Source: Candidatus Saccharimonadota bacterium (lineage in GTDB: Bacteria > Patescibacteriota > Patescibacteriia > 2-12-FULL-60-25). Taken from it: 32,000 nt of DNA. Location: NCBI GenBank assembly GCA_963718585.1, contig OY970357.1, positions 180,001 to 212,000 of the forward strand. Direction: 5' to 3'. Shown piece by piece: positions 22,744 to 30,693 of this stretch. The notes beneath the pieces are model-generated. The model was not told the origin of the DNA. It saw only the letters and a program-made list of their open reading frames with translations, and searched no databases. The position numbers and the translations under genes were made by a program. Numbering within the stretch: the stretch's first letter is position 1; every line of letters begins with the position of its first letter.

Positions 22744-24489
22744 TCACGATGCACGTTTATGGTGCATGAGCATGTCCACGGCGTGCTCGAGGGAGCCGGC
22801 CGGCGTGATGCCTCCTGCGTTCACAAAGAAGATCTCGTCTGCGTTCTCAATGGTGTTGAGGCGGTGGGCGATGACGACTTTGGTCGTCTCGGTCGGGAGT
22901 TTCTCCAGTACGGCCTGGAGCAATTGTTCCGTGACCGTGTCGATGTTCGCCGTAGCCTCGTCGAGGATCAGGATCTCGGGTTTGCGGAGCACGGCGCGCA
23001 CGAAGGCGATGAGCTGGCGCTGGCCAAGGCTGATGGTCTCACCGCTTGTTTGGACTTCCACATCGAGTCCCTGCGAGAATCCTTGGAGCAGTTCGTCGAG
23101 CCCTGCATCTTTGATGGCGGCCATGCGCTGTTCCGTCGTGGCACCGCCGAGCGTCGGATGACCGTAGAAGATGTTGTCGAGGAGAGTGCCAGTGAAGAGG
23201 AATGGCTCCTGGAGGATGAAGCCGATCTTGTCCGCGCGCTCCGCGGTCGTGTAGGAACGGATATCTTTCCCTCCAAGGAGGATGCAGCCTTCCGTCGGAT
23301 CGTACAACCGCGCCATAAGTGAGGCGGTCGTGGTCTTGCCGCCGCCCGTCGGACCGACGAGCGCGTATTCCTTCCCGCGTTCAAGGGCGAACGAGTCTCC
23401 CGTCAGCACTTCTTTGCCCGCCGGATATCGGAAGTGCACGTTGCGGAACTCGATGACCGCATTTGATGCCTCGGGTTCCGCGGGGAGCACGGGCATGTCG
23501 GTCGAGAGTGTGAGGACCTCTGAGATGCGGTCCATGGCCGCGAGGGACTGCTGGAACGTCGCCCAGACGCTCGCGATCTGCTGGAGCGGCATGTAGAAGT
23601 TGTCGACGTAGAGCAGGAAGCTGATGAGGAGACCGATGGTGAGATGGCCGGCGCCGATGAGCGTGATGCCGTACATGAGGACGATGACGCGGGCCGCGCT
23701 TGATGCGAAGAAGTAGATCGGATTGAACAGGTTGTTGGCGTACCCTGCGCGCACCGCCGCTCCGAAGTTCTTCTCGTTCGCTTCGCCGAACTTCGTGCGG
23801 AAATAATCGAGGCGATTGAAGGCCACGATGACCTTGAAGTTGGTCAGGCTCTCCTGCACTTCCGCGCTCATACCGCCGAGGCTCTGGAGGCTGAGGAGGT
23901 TGCGGTGCTTGACCCATCCGGAGATGAGTTGAGTGACGATGAACACGCTGACTGCCGGCGTGAGCGCTGCGGCTCCCAAGCGGAGGTCGAGCGTGAGGAG
24001 GAAGATGCCGGCGCCGACGATGAGGAAGAAGTTCCGCATGAACTGCATCAGCGCCTGTGAGAAGAACTGGTTCAGCTGATCCGTGTCGTTGTTGATACGC
24101 GAGATGAGGTCGCCGGTCTTGTTCTGGTTGAAGAAGGCGACGGGAAGCTCCTGCAGTTTCAGGAAGATCGCGTTCCGGAGACGGAAGAGCACGCGCCGAC
24201 CGATGCTGCCCATGGAGATGGTCTGAAGATAGCCGCTCCCAAGCGCCAACAGGTAGAGGACGAAGAGCGTCGCGGATGCCACAAGGACGCCATGGAAGTC
24301 ATGGTTCTGTATGAAGTGGTCCACGGCATACCCGATGACGACCGGTGCGAGCAGGGTCGAGACCGCGTTGACGATGATGGCGACGGTCGCGGTCGCAAGC
24401 TGCGCCTTCTCTTCTTTCAGGAAGGGGAGGAGTCGTTTGGCCGCAGCGGTCATGCCGCCGTTCTGGGTCTTATTCAGCTTGTAATTCAT
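22744..24489 (-). CDS. ABC exporter, fused permease/ATPase half-transporter (partner B of a heterodimer)
   Basis: Six-TM exporter domain plus an NBD. Walker A GPTGGGKTT, deviant signature ISLGQRQ, Walker B ILILDEATANID. The start is ambiguous: ATGs at 24558, 24489 and 24453. 24489 was chosen (MNYKLNKTQNGGMTAAAKRLLPFLK). Confidence 0.85.
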   Translation of the reverse strand: MNYKLNKTQNGGMTAAAKRLLPFLKEEKAQLATATVAIIVNAVSTLLAPVVIGYAVDHFIQNHDFHGVLVASATLFVLYLLALGSGYLQTISMGSIGRRVLFRLRNAIFLKLQELPVAFFNQNKTGDLISRINNDTDQLNQFFSQALMQFMRNFFLIVGAGIFLLTLDLRLGAAALTPAVSVFIVTQLISGWVKHRNLLSLQSLGGMSAEVQESLTNFKVIVAFNRLDYFRTKFGEANEKNFGAAVRAGYANNLFNPIYFFASSAARVIVLMYGITLIGAGHLTIGLLISFLLYVDNFYMPLQQIASVWATFQQSLAAMDRISEVLTLSTDMPVLPAEPEASNAVIEFRNVHFRYPAGKEVLTGDSFALERGKEYALVGPTGGGKTTTASLMARLYDPTEGCILLGGKDIRSYTTAERADKIGFILQEPFLFTGTLLDNIFYGHPTLGGATTEQRMAAIKDAGLDELLQGFSQGLDVEVQTSGETISLGQRQLIAFVRAVLRKPEILILDEATANIDTVTEQLLQAVLEKLPTETTKVVIAHRLNTIENADEIFFVNAGGITPAGSLEHAVDMLMHHKRAS

Positions 24490-26224
24490 AGGAGCTGGTA
24501 CTGCGCTGGGAATCGGCGATCTGGACGTATTCTGGGGACGTTGTGAGAAGTTCGGCATGCGTACCCTTGGCCAAGAGGTCGCCTTCCATGAGCAGGAGGA
24601 TCTGATCGTAGTGTTCGATGGGCGCGATCTTCTGCGTGACCGAGATGATGGTCATGCCCGGGTAGTTGGTCCGGATGTTATGGAGGATCTTCTGTTCCGT
24701 CTCTGCGTCCACGCGTGCCGTGAAGTCGTCGAGGAGCAGGACGCTTGGCTCGAGTGCGAGTGCGCGGGCGAGCATGAGACGCTGTTTCTGTCCGCCGGAA
24801 AGGCTCGTGCCGCGCTCGGACACGACCGTGTCGAGGCCTTCTGGGAGCGCGTCGACGAAATCGCGGAGCTCGGCCGTGTCGATCGCCTTCTTCAGCGATG
24901 CATCCGTGACCGTGTCGCTGAACGCGATGTTCTCGCGGACGGTGAGGTTGAAGACGGAGCTGTCTTGGAAGACGAAACCGATACGCGCATGGAGGGAGAC
25001 CGGGTCATAGTCCGCAAGCGGGACGCCGGCATACGCGATCGTACCTTTCGCTGGGACGATGAGTCCGGCGAGGAGGTAGAGGAGCTGGGTCTTCCCTGCG
25101 GCCGTGGGACCGATGATCGCGGTGCGCGATCCCATTGTGACCGTGAAGGTCACATCTTTGAGCACGGTCTTTTCTCCATACACGACGGACACGTCATTGA
25201 AGGTCACAGCGCCGTCCGCGGGCGCGTCGCGTGTGCCGGACGGGACCGGGTCGGGCGCGTCGAGGACCTGATGGACGCGCGCATATGAAGCAGATGCTCG
25301 GGCGATCACGTTGCTCATGAAGCCGATGACGATCATCGGGAAGATGAGCATGCCGAGATAGCTGTTGAACGCGGTGAACGAACCGATCGTCATGTCGCCG
25401 TTGATCACGAACCGTCCACCGACGAGCAAGATCGAGAGCGTGGCGATGTTTGCCGCGAACGTGATGACCGGGATGAGCGACGCGAAGAGGTTCAGGATCT
25501 TGAGGCCCACGTCCATCGCCTCCGTATTCGCCGCGAGGAACTTTTGTGTCTCGGGCTGTTGGGAGTTGAGGATGCGGATGAGCGCGGCGCCGAGAATACT
25601 CTCGTTGATCACCTTGTTCAGCCAGTCGATCGCTTCCTGCGAGCGGATGAAGAGCGCGCGGATGCGCTTCATGACCACAAAGAACGTGATGCCGATGACG
25701 GGAACGATGCAGAGCACGATGAGTGCGAGCTTCCAATCGAGCGTCAGGAGGAGGATGCTCGCGCCGATGATCAAAAAGCCAGAGGACACGATCGATGCAA
25801 CGGCCATGGACACGAAGGTCTTGACCGCATCGATGTCGGATGTGAGATTGGTGAGCAGTTTTCCGGGCGTGATGCGCTGGATGAACGCGTATTCCTGGAC
25901 CGAGATCTTCGCCGCGAGGCGGGTCCGAAGGTCGCGCGCGACCCGTTCAGACGTGTAGGTCTGCAGGAGGCTTTGGAGATAGGTGAAGACGAAGATCCCG
26001 AGCACGATGAACCCGAGGATCACGGCCGTCCGCGACAGCATGAACGTCCCGGCCGTAAAGGCGTCGATAGACAAGGCGATCATCTTGGGGATCGCGAGGC
26101 TCATCGTGTTCGCCAAGACCGTCATCAGCGCGAGGAGGACGATGAAGCCGCGGTATGGCTTCAAGAGACCGAAGAGACTCGGCCCTGCGGGTCTACGGGA
26201 TTTGGTCATTTTGGGAGGCTTCAT
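24470..26224 (-). CDS. ABC exporter, fused permease/ATPase half-transporter (partner A; Walker B lacks the catalytic Glu)
   Basis: Walker A GPTAAGKTQ, signature LSGGQKQ. Walker B is VLLLDDFTARVD, with D in place of the catalytic E, implying a degenerate ATP site paired with the deviant signature of the partner. The true start is the ATG at 26224 (MKPPKMTKSRR…), which overlaps the marR stop (ATGA). The 84-aa upstream extension in the ORF track lies inside marR. Confidence 0.9.
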   Translation of the reverse strand: MKPPKMTKSRRPAGPSLFGLLKPYRGFIVLLALMTVLANTMSLAIPKMIALSIDAFTAGTFMLSRTAVILGFIVLGIFVFTYLQSLLQTYTSERVARDLRTRLAAKISVQEYAFIQRITPGKLLTNLTSDIDAVKTFVSMAVASIVSSGFLIIGASILLLTLDWKLALIVLCIVPVIGITFFVVMKRIRALFIRSQEAIDWLNKVINESILGAALIRILNSQQPETQKFLAANTEAMDVGLKILNLFASLIPVITFAANIATLSILLVGGRFVINGDMTIGSFTAFNSYLGMLIFPMIVIGFMSNVIARASASYARVHQVLDAPDPVPSGTRDAPADGAVTFNDVSVVYGEKTVLKDVTFTVTMGSRTAIIGPTAAGKTQLLYLLAGLIVPAKGTIAYAGVPLADYDPVSLHARIGFVFQDSSVFNLTVRENIAFSDTVTDASLKKAIDTAELRDFVDALPEGLDTVVSERGTSLSGGQKQRLMLARALALEPSVLLLDDFTARVDAETEQKILHNIRTNYPGMTIISVTQKIAPIEHYDQILLLMEGDLLAKGTHAELLTTSPEYVQIADSQRSTSSYELQAE

Positions 26225-26661
26225 GATCGTGGGGTGGAAGTGAGGACTTTTTGTTGGAGCCGGCGCCACTCGCGAAGTTCGGCGTCGGTGAGGGATGAGA
26301 GATGCGCAGCGAATGCGGCGATCATGTGCGTGCGGGCGCGCGAGAGGCGGCGTTTGCCCGCGGCCGTGAGCGCGAGCCGGATCTGTCGCTTGTCGGCGGC
26401 ATCCGGCGATCGGGAGACGAGTTTGTCTTTGACGAGCGCATTCACGAGCTGGGTCGCGGCGCTGGGGGAAATGCACATCCGATGGGCAAGGTCTTTGGCG
26501 TGTTGCGGTCCGGCATGGCTAAGGAACATCAGGATACCGAATTGCGCCCGCGTGGGCAGGCCTTTGGCAGGGCAGGCATGCGCAGACGTACCGGCGGCGT
26601 GCCTGCGCAATGCGACGAGGCCGTCGGCCACTTCGGTCAGGAGTCGGGATCGATCGGACAT
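26221..26661 (-). CDS. MarR-family transcriptional regulator
   Basis: Winged-helix region GPQHAKDLAHRMCISPSAATQLVNALVKDKLVSRSPDAADKRQIRLALTAAGKRRL. The ATG at 26661 (MSDRSRLL…) sits 8 nt downstream of a -10 box. The ORF-track start at 26679 is a GTG. Confidence 0.9.
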   Translation of the reverse strand: MSDRSRLLTEVADGLVALRRHAAGTSAHACPAKGLPTRAQFGILMFLSHAGPQHAKDLAHRMCISPSAATQLVNALVKDKLVSRSPDAADKRQIRLALTAAGKRRLSRARTHMIAAFAAHLSSLTDAELREWRRLQQKVLTSTPRS

Positions 26662-26667
26662 GAGCAG

Positions 26668-26688
26668 ATTGTTTAGCACCTTAACAAT
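26668..26688. promoter_or_regulatory. near-perfect palindrome ATTGTTTAG-cac-CTTAACAAT (putative MarR operator)
   Basis: 9-bp arms (8/9 complementary) separated by 3 bp. It overlaps the -10 region of the marR promoter, a typical autoregulatory layout. Confidence 0.55.
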
Positions 26689-26698
26689 ATGGTGTCAA
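26670..26698 (-). promoter_or_regulatory. promoter TTGACA-17 nt-TAAACA for marR/ABC operon
   Basis: Minus strand: a perfect -35 TTGACA (26698-26693), a 17-nt spacer, TAAACA (26675-26670), then 8 nt to the ATG at 26661. Confidence 0.55.
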
Positions 26699-26720
26699 CG
26701 CATGGCTCGTGGACGGAGCG

Positions 26721-27617
26721 TTATGCTGTGAACAATTCTGCAGGGAAAGCGGGAGAATGCGTTACGGAAAAGTCCTTGTGTAGAACGAGATATTCAAAAT
26801 CATACCCGTCCGTCAGCCGTTCCGCTGGAACGAAAAAGAGGGAGGTTGCCAGCGCGTCCGCGATCAGCGCGTCCGTGGCCGTGGTCCAGGTCGCGACGAT
26901 CTCCCGTGGCGATGTCAGGGTCCGGGGGTCGATGATGTGATGGAACCGGTCCCAGGTGCGCCGGTTGCCTGCTGATCCACACAGGCTCGCGTTCGAGATC
27001 GTGGCCACGCCGATGACCTGTTGCGGATCATCCGGATGTTCCAAACCGATACGGAGCGGATCGCCCTTCGCGCTGTGATGGAGCAGATCTCCGCCCGCAT
27101 CGATGCAGAACGATCCAATGCCGAAGCGCGTGATCTCAGTGCCGATGATGTCGATGAGATGACCCTTGCCCGCCGCACCGACGTCCAACAGCGCTGGCTG
27201 TTTGAGGGTCAGTTCCGGTGCGTGATAGTCGAGGACGTCGTCCCAGGCGGGAGGCGTGTGCAGTTCTTTCGGGATGAGAGAGTAGCGGGCGTCATATCCT
27301 GCCTCTTCCATCACGCTTCCGATGAGGGGCGTGAGCGCGCCGTCCGTCCGTCGGTACAGGTCCTGATACAGCGTGAACATGGGCTCCGCATCTTCGGGGA
27401 GACGATATGTCCCTGCATGACGGGACATCGCCGTCACGAGGGAGTCTTCTCGGAAACGGGAATAGTCTTTATCAAAGACGGCGATCCGTTCGCGGACACG
27501 ATTCAGGAGCCGCTCCCGTTGGGTCGAGGTCAGCGGGTCGTCGATGTCGATCTGCCATCGCGTGCCGATCGCATCAAAGACAAGTGCGTCATCGCGCACT
27601 GGAAGCTTACCGTTCAT
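26721..27617 (-). CDS. apbE: FAD:protein FMN transferase (ApbE family)
   Basis: 298 aa. FDAIGTRWQIDI, AGKGHLIDI, IDAGGDL, SLCGSAGNRRTWDRFHHIIDPRT match the ApbE family pattern. No N-terminal signal peptide or lipobox is visible. Confidence 0.85.
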   Translation of the reverse strand: MNGKLPVRDDALVFDAIGTRWQIDIDDPLTSTQRERLLNRVRERIAVFDKDYSRFREDSLVTAMSRHAGTYRLPEDAEPMFTLYQDLYRRTDGALTPLIGSVMEEAGYDARYSLIPKELHTPPAWDDVLDYHAPELTLKQPALLDVGAAGKGHLIDIIGTEITRFGIGSFCIDAGGDLLHHSAKGDPLRIGLEHPDDPQQVIGVATISNASLCGSAGNRRTWDRFHHIIDPRTLTSPREIVATWTTATDALIADALATSLFFVPAERLTDGYDFEYLVLHKDFSVTHSPAFPAELFTA

Positions 27618-27626
27618 GCGTAAAGC

Positions 27627-28130
27627 TCAGGATCTGGCCGCTTGCGCCTTGATCTTTGCGAGTGCGTCGTTGAAGCCGATCGGCGTCAGAGACGATCCGG
27701 AGACCTTTCCGAGATGGATGTCGTTGATGTTCTTTCCGACGACCATGGGTTTGTAGTTTGCGGCGAACATGCCCTGATAGCGGGCGGACATCTGCGCATT
27801 CGGCGTGGCGGAGAACTGCGAATCCGTGACGATGTTGTTCTTGAGGGTCAGCGTGACTTGCACCTGCTCCGGACCCGCGTGGGTCCGATAGCTTCCGTTC
27901 GCGGAGTAGGTCCCGTCTTTATACGAGACAGCCGAGGTGTTGCCGGTCGATGCGTCCGCATTTGCGGGAGAGCCGTGCGGGAGGACGTATGCCCCGATCC
28001 CGGCGACCGCGATGATCACGCCGCCGATCATGAATAATTTTCCGTTGGATGGTTTGGCGGCAGTTCGCGATACATGCGGTGACGTATGAGACGTGTCGTT
28101 TTCGACGGGGGTGTTGTTCGTTTGGTCCAT
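27627..28130 (-). CDS. membrane-anchored FMN-binding-domain protein (ApbE substrate candidate)
   Basis: N-terminal TM LFMIGGVIIAVAGIGAYVL. The domain YKDGTYSANGSY…VQVTLTLKNNIVTD… ends in LGKVSGSSLTPIGF, an S-G-S-S variant of the [ST]GA[ST] flavinylation motif. The ATG at 28130 is preferred; the ORF-track start at 28163 is a TTG. Confidence 0.75.
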   Translation of the reverse strand: MDQTNNTPVENDTSHTSPHVSRTAAKPSNGKLFMIGGVIIAVAGIGAYVLPHGSPANADASTGNTSAVSYKDGTYSANGSYRTHAGPEQVQVTLTLKNNIVTDSQFSATPNAQMSARYQGMFAANYKPMVVGKNINDIHLGKVSGSSLTPIGFNDALAKIKAQAARS

Positions 28131-28180
28131 AGGAGTGAACGGATTTTTACGGATTTGGAGCAAGAATGCAACTGAACGCG

Positions 28181-28206
28181 AACATCCGCTCAGGTGAGCG
28201 GATGTT
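28181..28206 (-). terminator. 11-bp hairpin between the repeat-protein gene and the FMN-binding gene (AACATCCGCTC-nnnn-GAGCGGATGTT)
   Basis: Perfect 11-bp stem with a 4-nt loop, 15 nt after the stop at 28221. No clear U-tract, so this is either an intercistronic stabiliser or a terminator. Confidence 0.4.
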
Positions 28207-28220
28207 TCATCAGAGGATGT

Positions 28221-29177
28221 TTAATGTCGGAAGTGTCCCATGCCAGGGCCGCGGCCGCGGAAGCCGGTTCCCAGAAAGGACTTGAAGGCGGGGAGAATGT
28301 CGATATGCATCGCGGTGACGCTCGAGCCGTTAAGGGTCCCGACAACGGAGACGTGCGCATCGGTCATGATGTCCGAGAGTGCGGCGGCTGCCTCATTCGG
28401 TCCGAATCCTTTTGAGATTTTCGCGTTCGCAGCGTTGACCGTGTATGACGTGCCTTTCCCGTCCTGGATCGTGATGGTGGAGCCGTTGATCGCCGTGACC
28501 TTTCCGTTGAAGAGGTTGCGACCCTGGAAGGATGTGTCGCTGATCCGGTTGGCGGCGACGTCCGTGTCCGTGACGGTGCCTTGGACCATGATCGTGTCAC
28601 CGGTCTGAATATCGGCGAGTGTCAGACCATCTTCTGGTTTGGAGAGAAGTGACGCTTTGCTCGTGTCGATGGTGTAGGTTTTTCCATCTTTCCCGGTCAA
28701 CGTATAGGTCGTTCCGTTGATCGATGCGACTGTGCCGACGACGCCTTTGGGACCCATCAGAGCTCGTCCACGGAACCCAGGACCCCGTGTCCCGTTCTCG
28801 GCGGTGAGCAGGTCGATCTCTGTGGCGGTGACGTTCGTATCATTCACGGTTCCTTTGACCATGAGATGGGCTCCGGTCGTGACGTCGGTCAGGGCGGCTG
28901 TGGCAGCATTGGGGCCAAAACCCTTCGTCACCTTTGCGTTCGATGCGTCGACTGAATACGTCGTATTATTTCGTCCTGTGAGCGTGATGATCGTTCCGTT
29001 GATCGATGCGACCGTTCCGCTGACACCTGGGGCCCGTGCTGGGCGTTGTGTGGCATGCGGTGTCATCCATCGTTCAAAAGGGATTCCGTGACCTGTGACT
29101 TGGGCTGATACGGCGATCGGCAGGATGACCGAAGCGGCGATCGCGGTCCCGGTGAGGAGGTGTGTACGTTTACGCAT
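28221..29177 (-). CDS. secreted protein with three ~75-aa tandem repeats (DUF5666-like)
   Basis: The true start is the ATG at 29177: MRKRTHLLTGTAIAASVILPIAVSAQV (signal peptide). Three repeats follow of the form G(T/K)V(A/T)(S/A)INGT.(I/Y)T(L/I)….(T/S)Y(S/T)(V/I)(D/N).(S/A)(N/K)A…G….V.GTV.D..V.A..I. The 117-aa N-terminal extension in the ORF track (P/H/R-rich) is rejected. Confidence 0.75.
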   Translation of the reverse strand: MRKRTHLLTGTAIAASVILPIAVSAQVTGHGIPFERWMTPHATQRPARAPGVSGTVASINGTIITLTGRNNTTYSVDASNAKVTKGFGPNAATAALTDVTTGAHLMVKGTVNDTNVTATEIDLLTAENGTRGPGFRGRALMGPKGVVGTVASINGTTYTLTGKDGKTYTIDTSKASLLSKPEDGLTLADIQTGDTIMVQGTVTDTDVAANRISDTSFQGRNLFNGKVTAINGSTITIQDGKGTSYTVNAANAKISKGFGPNEAAAALSDIMTDAHVSVVGTLNGSSVTAMHIDILPAFKSFLGTGFRGRGPGMGHFRH

Positions 29178-29266
29178 AGAAGTGGGTCGTTCTGAAAGAG
29201 TATTGGCTTTGCATTGGGATATACGGAACAAGCCCAGGGATGGGTTCATGTCCGGTCGCTTCGTCC

Positions 29267-29742
29267 CTAGCGAGTGCGTTTTCGCTGTGTTGCGGGCGAT
29301 GGATGTCCGGGGAGCGGATGGAGCTGTGCCGCGATGCCGATGGCCGCGGCGATGATGACGAGGTTCTTGATGATGTACTGCCCTTCGAGCGTCGGGACGA
29401 AGAAGCCGGCCCACGTGATCGACGGGAGGAGGAAGAGCGGCATGAAGGTCGTGATCATGTGGAGCGCGAGGAGGGGGATCACGAGGCGCTCCATCTTGGG
29501 GATCAGGAAGAGGATACCAATGAGGCATTCGAACAGACCGAAGAGGAGGTAGCAGGTGTCAAAGGGGATGAAGGGGATCGTCCGCGAGAAGAGATCTTGG
29601 ACGAGCGGACCGGCGGGGCTCAGTTCACGACCTTCAGCGCGCCGAACCAGAAGAAGACGACGAAGAGGCCGAAGCGCGCCATCGGCATGCTGATGCGTTG
29701 GAAGAAGTGGATCAGCCGTCTATCGATCGCTTTGATGTCCAT
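29267..29742 (-). pseudogene. small DoxX/DUF417-like membrane protein interrupted by a 1-nt frameshift near 29620
   Basis: Own translation from the ATG at 29742: MDIKAIDRRLIHFFQRISMPMARFGLFVVFFWFGALKVVN*. It continues in another frame as (E)LSPAGPLVQDLFSRTIPFIPFDTCYLLFGLFECLIGILFLIPKMERLVIPLLALHMITTFMPLFLLPSITWAGFFVPTLEGQYIIKNLVIIAAAIGIA… Restoring one base (AAC-TGA to AAC CTG A) gives a continuous 4-TM protein. Confidence 0.7.
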
Positions 29743-29749
29743 TGATCAC

Positions 29750-29755
29750 ATTGTA
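29750..29755 (-). promoter_or_regulatory. -10 box TACAAT, 7 nt upstream of the ATG at 29742
   Basis: Minus strand reads TGTAGTACAAT-gtgatca-ATG. This spacing implies a leaderless transcript. Confidence 0.5.
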
Positions 29756-29787
29756 CTACAGTTTCGTCGTCATCTTGGACGTATCAC

Positions 29788-29811
29788 AAAACCCGCCGTT
29801 CAGCGGGTTTT
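29788..29811 (-). terminator. terminator after tRNA-Ser(TGA) (AAAACCCGC-tgaacg-GCGGGTTTT)
   Basis: 9-bp stem whose A/T ends provide U-tracts in both directions. Starts 4 nt after the tRNA 3' end. Confidence 0.7.
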
Positions 29812-29815
29812 ATCC

Positions 29816-29906
29816 TGGCGGAGGGGGTGGGATTCGAACCCACGGTAACCTTGCGGCTACGCCGGATTTCAAGTCCGGTGCCTTAGACCAACTCAGCCAC
29901 CCCTCC
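29816..29906 (-). tRNA. tRNA-Ser (anticodon TGA), CCA encoded
   Basis: Reverse complement: GGAGGGG-tg-GCTGAGTTGGTCTAAGGC-a-CCGGA-CTTGAAA-TCCGG, a long variable arm, GTGGG-TTCGAAT-CCCAC, CCCCTCC-G-CCA. Confidence 0.95.
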
Positions 29907-29976
29907 TTCCTCGCTTCAACGAGCTTGCTCCATTCAGCCTCGAAGGCCTCATTACGCCATAGTTCGTCAGCTCCGG

Positions 29977-29998
29977 TTTGTTCGCTTCGCTCACAAAG
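29977..29998 (-). repeat. short hairpin repeat, copy 4 (TTTGT-GAGCGAAGCGA-ACAAA) within the tRNA-Ser(TGA) leader
   Basis: Minus strand reads CTTTGTGAGCGAAGCGAACAAA: a 5-bp stem around a GAGCGAAGCGA loop. It has the same orientation relative to its tRNA as copy 2. Confidence 0.5.
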
Positions 29999-30016
29999 AC
30001 GCAACAAGCCTGCGCA

Positions 30017-30045
30017 AACGTACCAGCTTGCAGGTCCTTTTTCAA
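30017..30045 (-). promoter_or_regulatory. promoter TTGAAA-17 nt-TACGTT for tRNA-Ser(TGA)
   Basis: Minus strand: TTGAAA (30045-30040), a 17-nt spacer, TACGTT (30022-30017). Implies a ~105-nt leader. Same -35 hexamer and spacing as the tRNA-Ser(GCT) promoter. Confidence 0.5.
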
Positions 30046-30068
30046 GGATACGCGTGGCCTATCACGCG

Positions 30069-30077
30069 TGGTATACT
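30069..30077 (+). promoter_or_regulatory. extended -10 promoter box TGGTATACT
   Basis: An exact TGGTATACT whose hexamer ends 8 nt before the ATG at 30086 (leaderless). Back-to-back with the tRNA promoter. Confidence 0.6.
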
Positions 30078-30085
30078 CTTTTTAT

Positions 30086-30589
30086 ATGCCTTCCACCGAG
30101 TTTTTGGATCAGATGGCCAAAGCGCAAGACATCTTCGTCTGGGAAGCGCCTGCATGGGAAAAAGCTGATCGTCATCCACGCTGGTATCTGATCATGGGCG
30201 GGATCGCCTTTCTTTTTGCTGCTTATGCGGTCTTCACGTCGAATTATCTTTTTGCCTTTATCATCTTCTTGACCGCGATCATCTTGGTCTTGGCGGGAAA
30301 TGAGAATCCCAAAGCGGTCCTCATCCAGATCGGTGACAATGGGATCGTCGTGAACGGAAAACTCTATCAGTTCGACAAGTTACATAATTTTGCGATCATC
30401 TACCACCCACCCCACACCAAGGTCCTATACGTTGAACCGAATAACGCCGTTCTTCCCCGGCTCCGCATCGATCTTGAGGACCAGGACCCCGTGGCGATCA
30501 GGGCGCATTTGCTCCAATATCTGGACGAGGATACGGACTTGCGAGGAGAGCATTATTCTGATATATTCGGCCGGCTCTTAGGGATCTAA
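30086..30589 (+). CDS. hypothetical two-TM membrane protein
   Basis: 167 aa starting at MPSTEFLDQMAKAQDIFVWEAPAWEK. TM hairpin WYLIMGGIAFLFAAYAVF / LFAFIIFLTAIILVLAG, then a soluble C-terminal domain. The ORF-track start at 29978 is rejected because it would lie upstream of the promoter and inside the tRNA leader. Confidence 0.7.
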   Translation: MPSTEFLDQMAKAQDIFVWEAPAWEKADRHPRWYLIMGGIAFLFAAYAVFTSNYLFAFIIFLTAIILVLAGNENPKAVLIQIGDNGIVVNGKLYQFDKLHNFAIIYHPPHTKVLYVEPNNAVLPRLRIDLEDQDPVAIRAHLLQYLDEDTDLRGEHYSDIFGRLLGI

Positions 30590-30599
30590 GATGTACCCC

Positions 30600-30620
30600 T
30601 TGTCCGCCCCTGGCGGACAA
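30600..30620 (+). terminator. 9-bp hairpin after the membrane-protein gene (TTGTCCGCC-cct-GGCGGACAA)
   Basis: Perfect 9-bp stem starting 11 nt after the stop. Followed by AA rather than a U-tract, so terminator function is uncertain. Confidence 0.4.
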
Positions 30621-30693
30621 AACGCAGGCGGTCGCCGGGGCACAAGCAAACGCTGGAGGCGGATGCGCAGTGCAAGACGACAACGCCGAGTAT

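Noticed and set aside
26225-26476. 84-aa N-terminal extension of the ABC exporter ORF (MHFPQRRDPAREC…)
   Set aside because: It lies entirely inside marR in another frame and is Arg/Pro/His-rich. The ATG at 26224 gives a normal exporter N-terminus and an ATGA coupling overlap with the marR stop.
25544-26731. 395-aa plus-strand ORF
   Set aside because: Antisense to the ABC exporter and marR. The sequence is charged low complexity with no motifs.
29178-29528. 117-aa N-terminal extension of the repeat-protein ORF (MPHWYPLPDPQDG…)
   Set aside because: It is P/H/R-rich and overlaps the 3' end of the DoxX/DUF417-like gene. The ATG at 29177 is followed immediately by a textbook signal peptide.
29978-30085. 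Upstream extension of the 30086 membrane-protein ORF
   Set aside because: It would start upstream of its own TGGTATACT promoter and run through the tRNA-Ser(TGA) promoter and leader. The ATG at 30086 fits the leaderless spacing.
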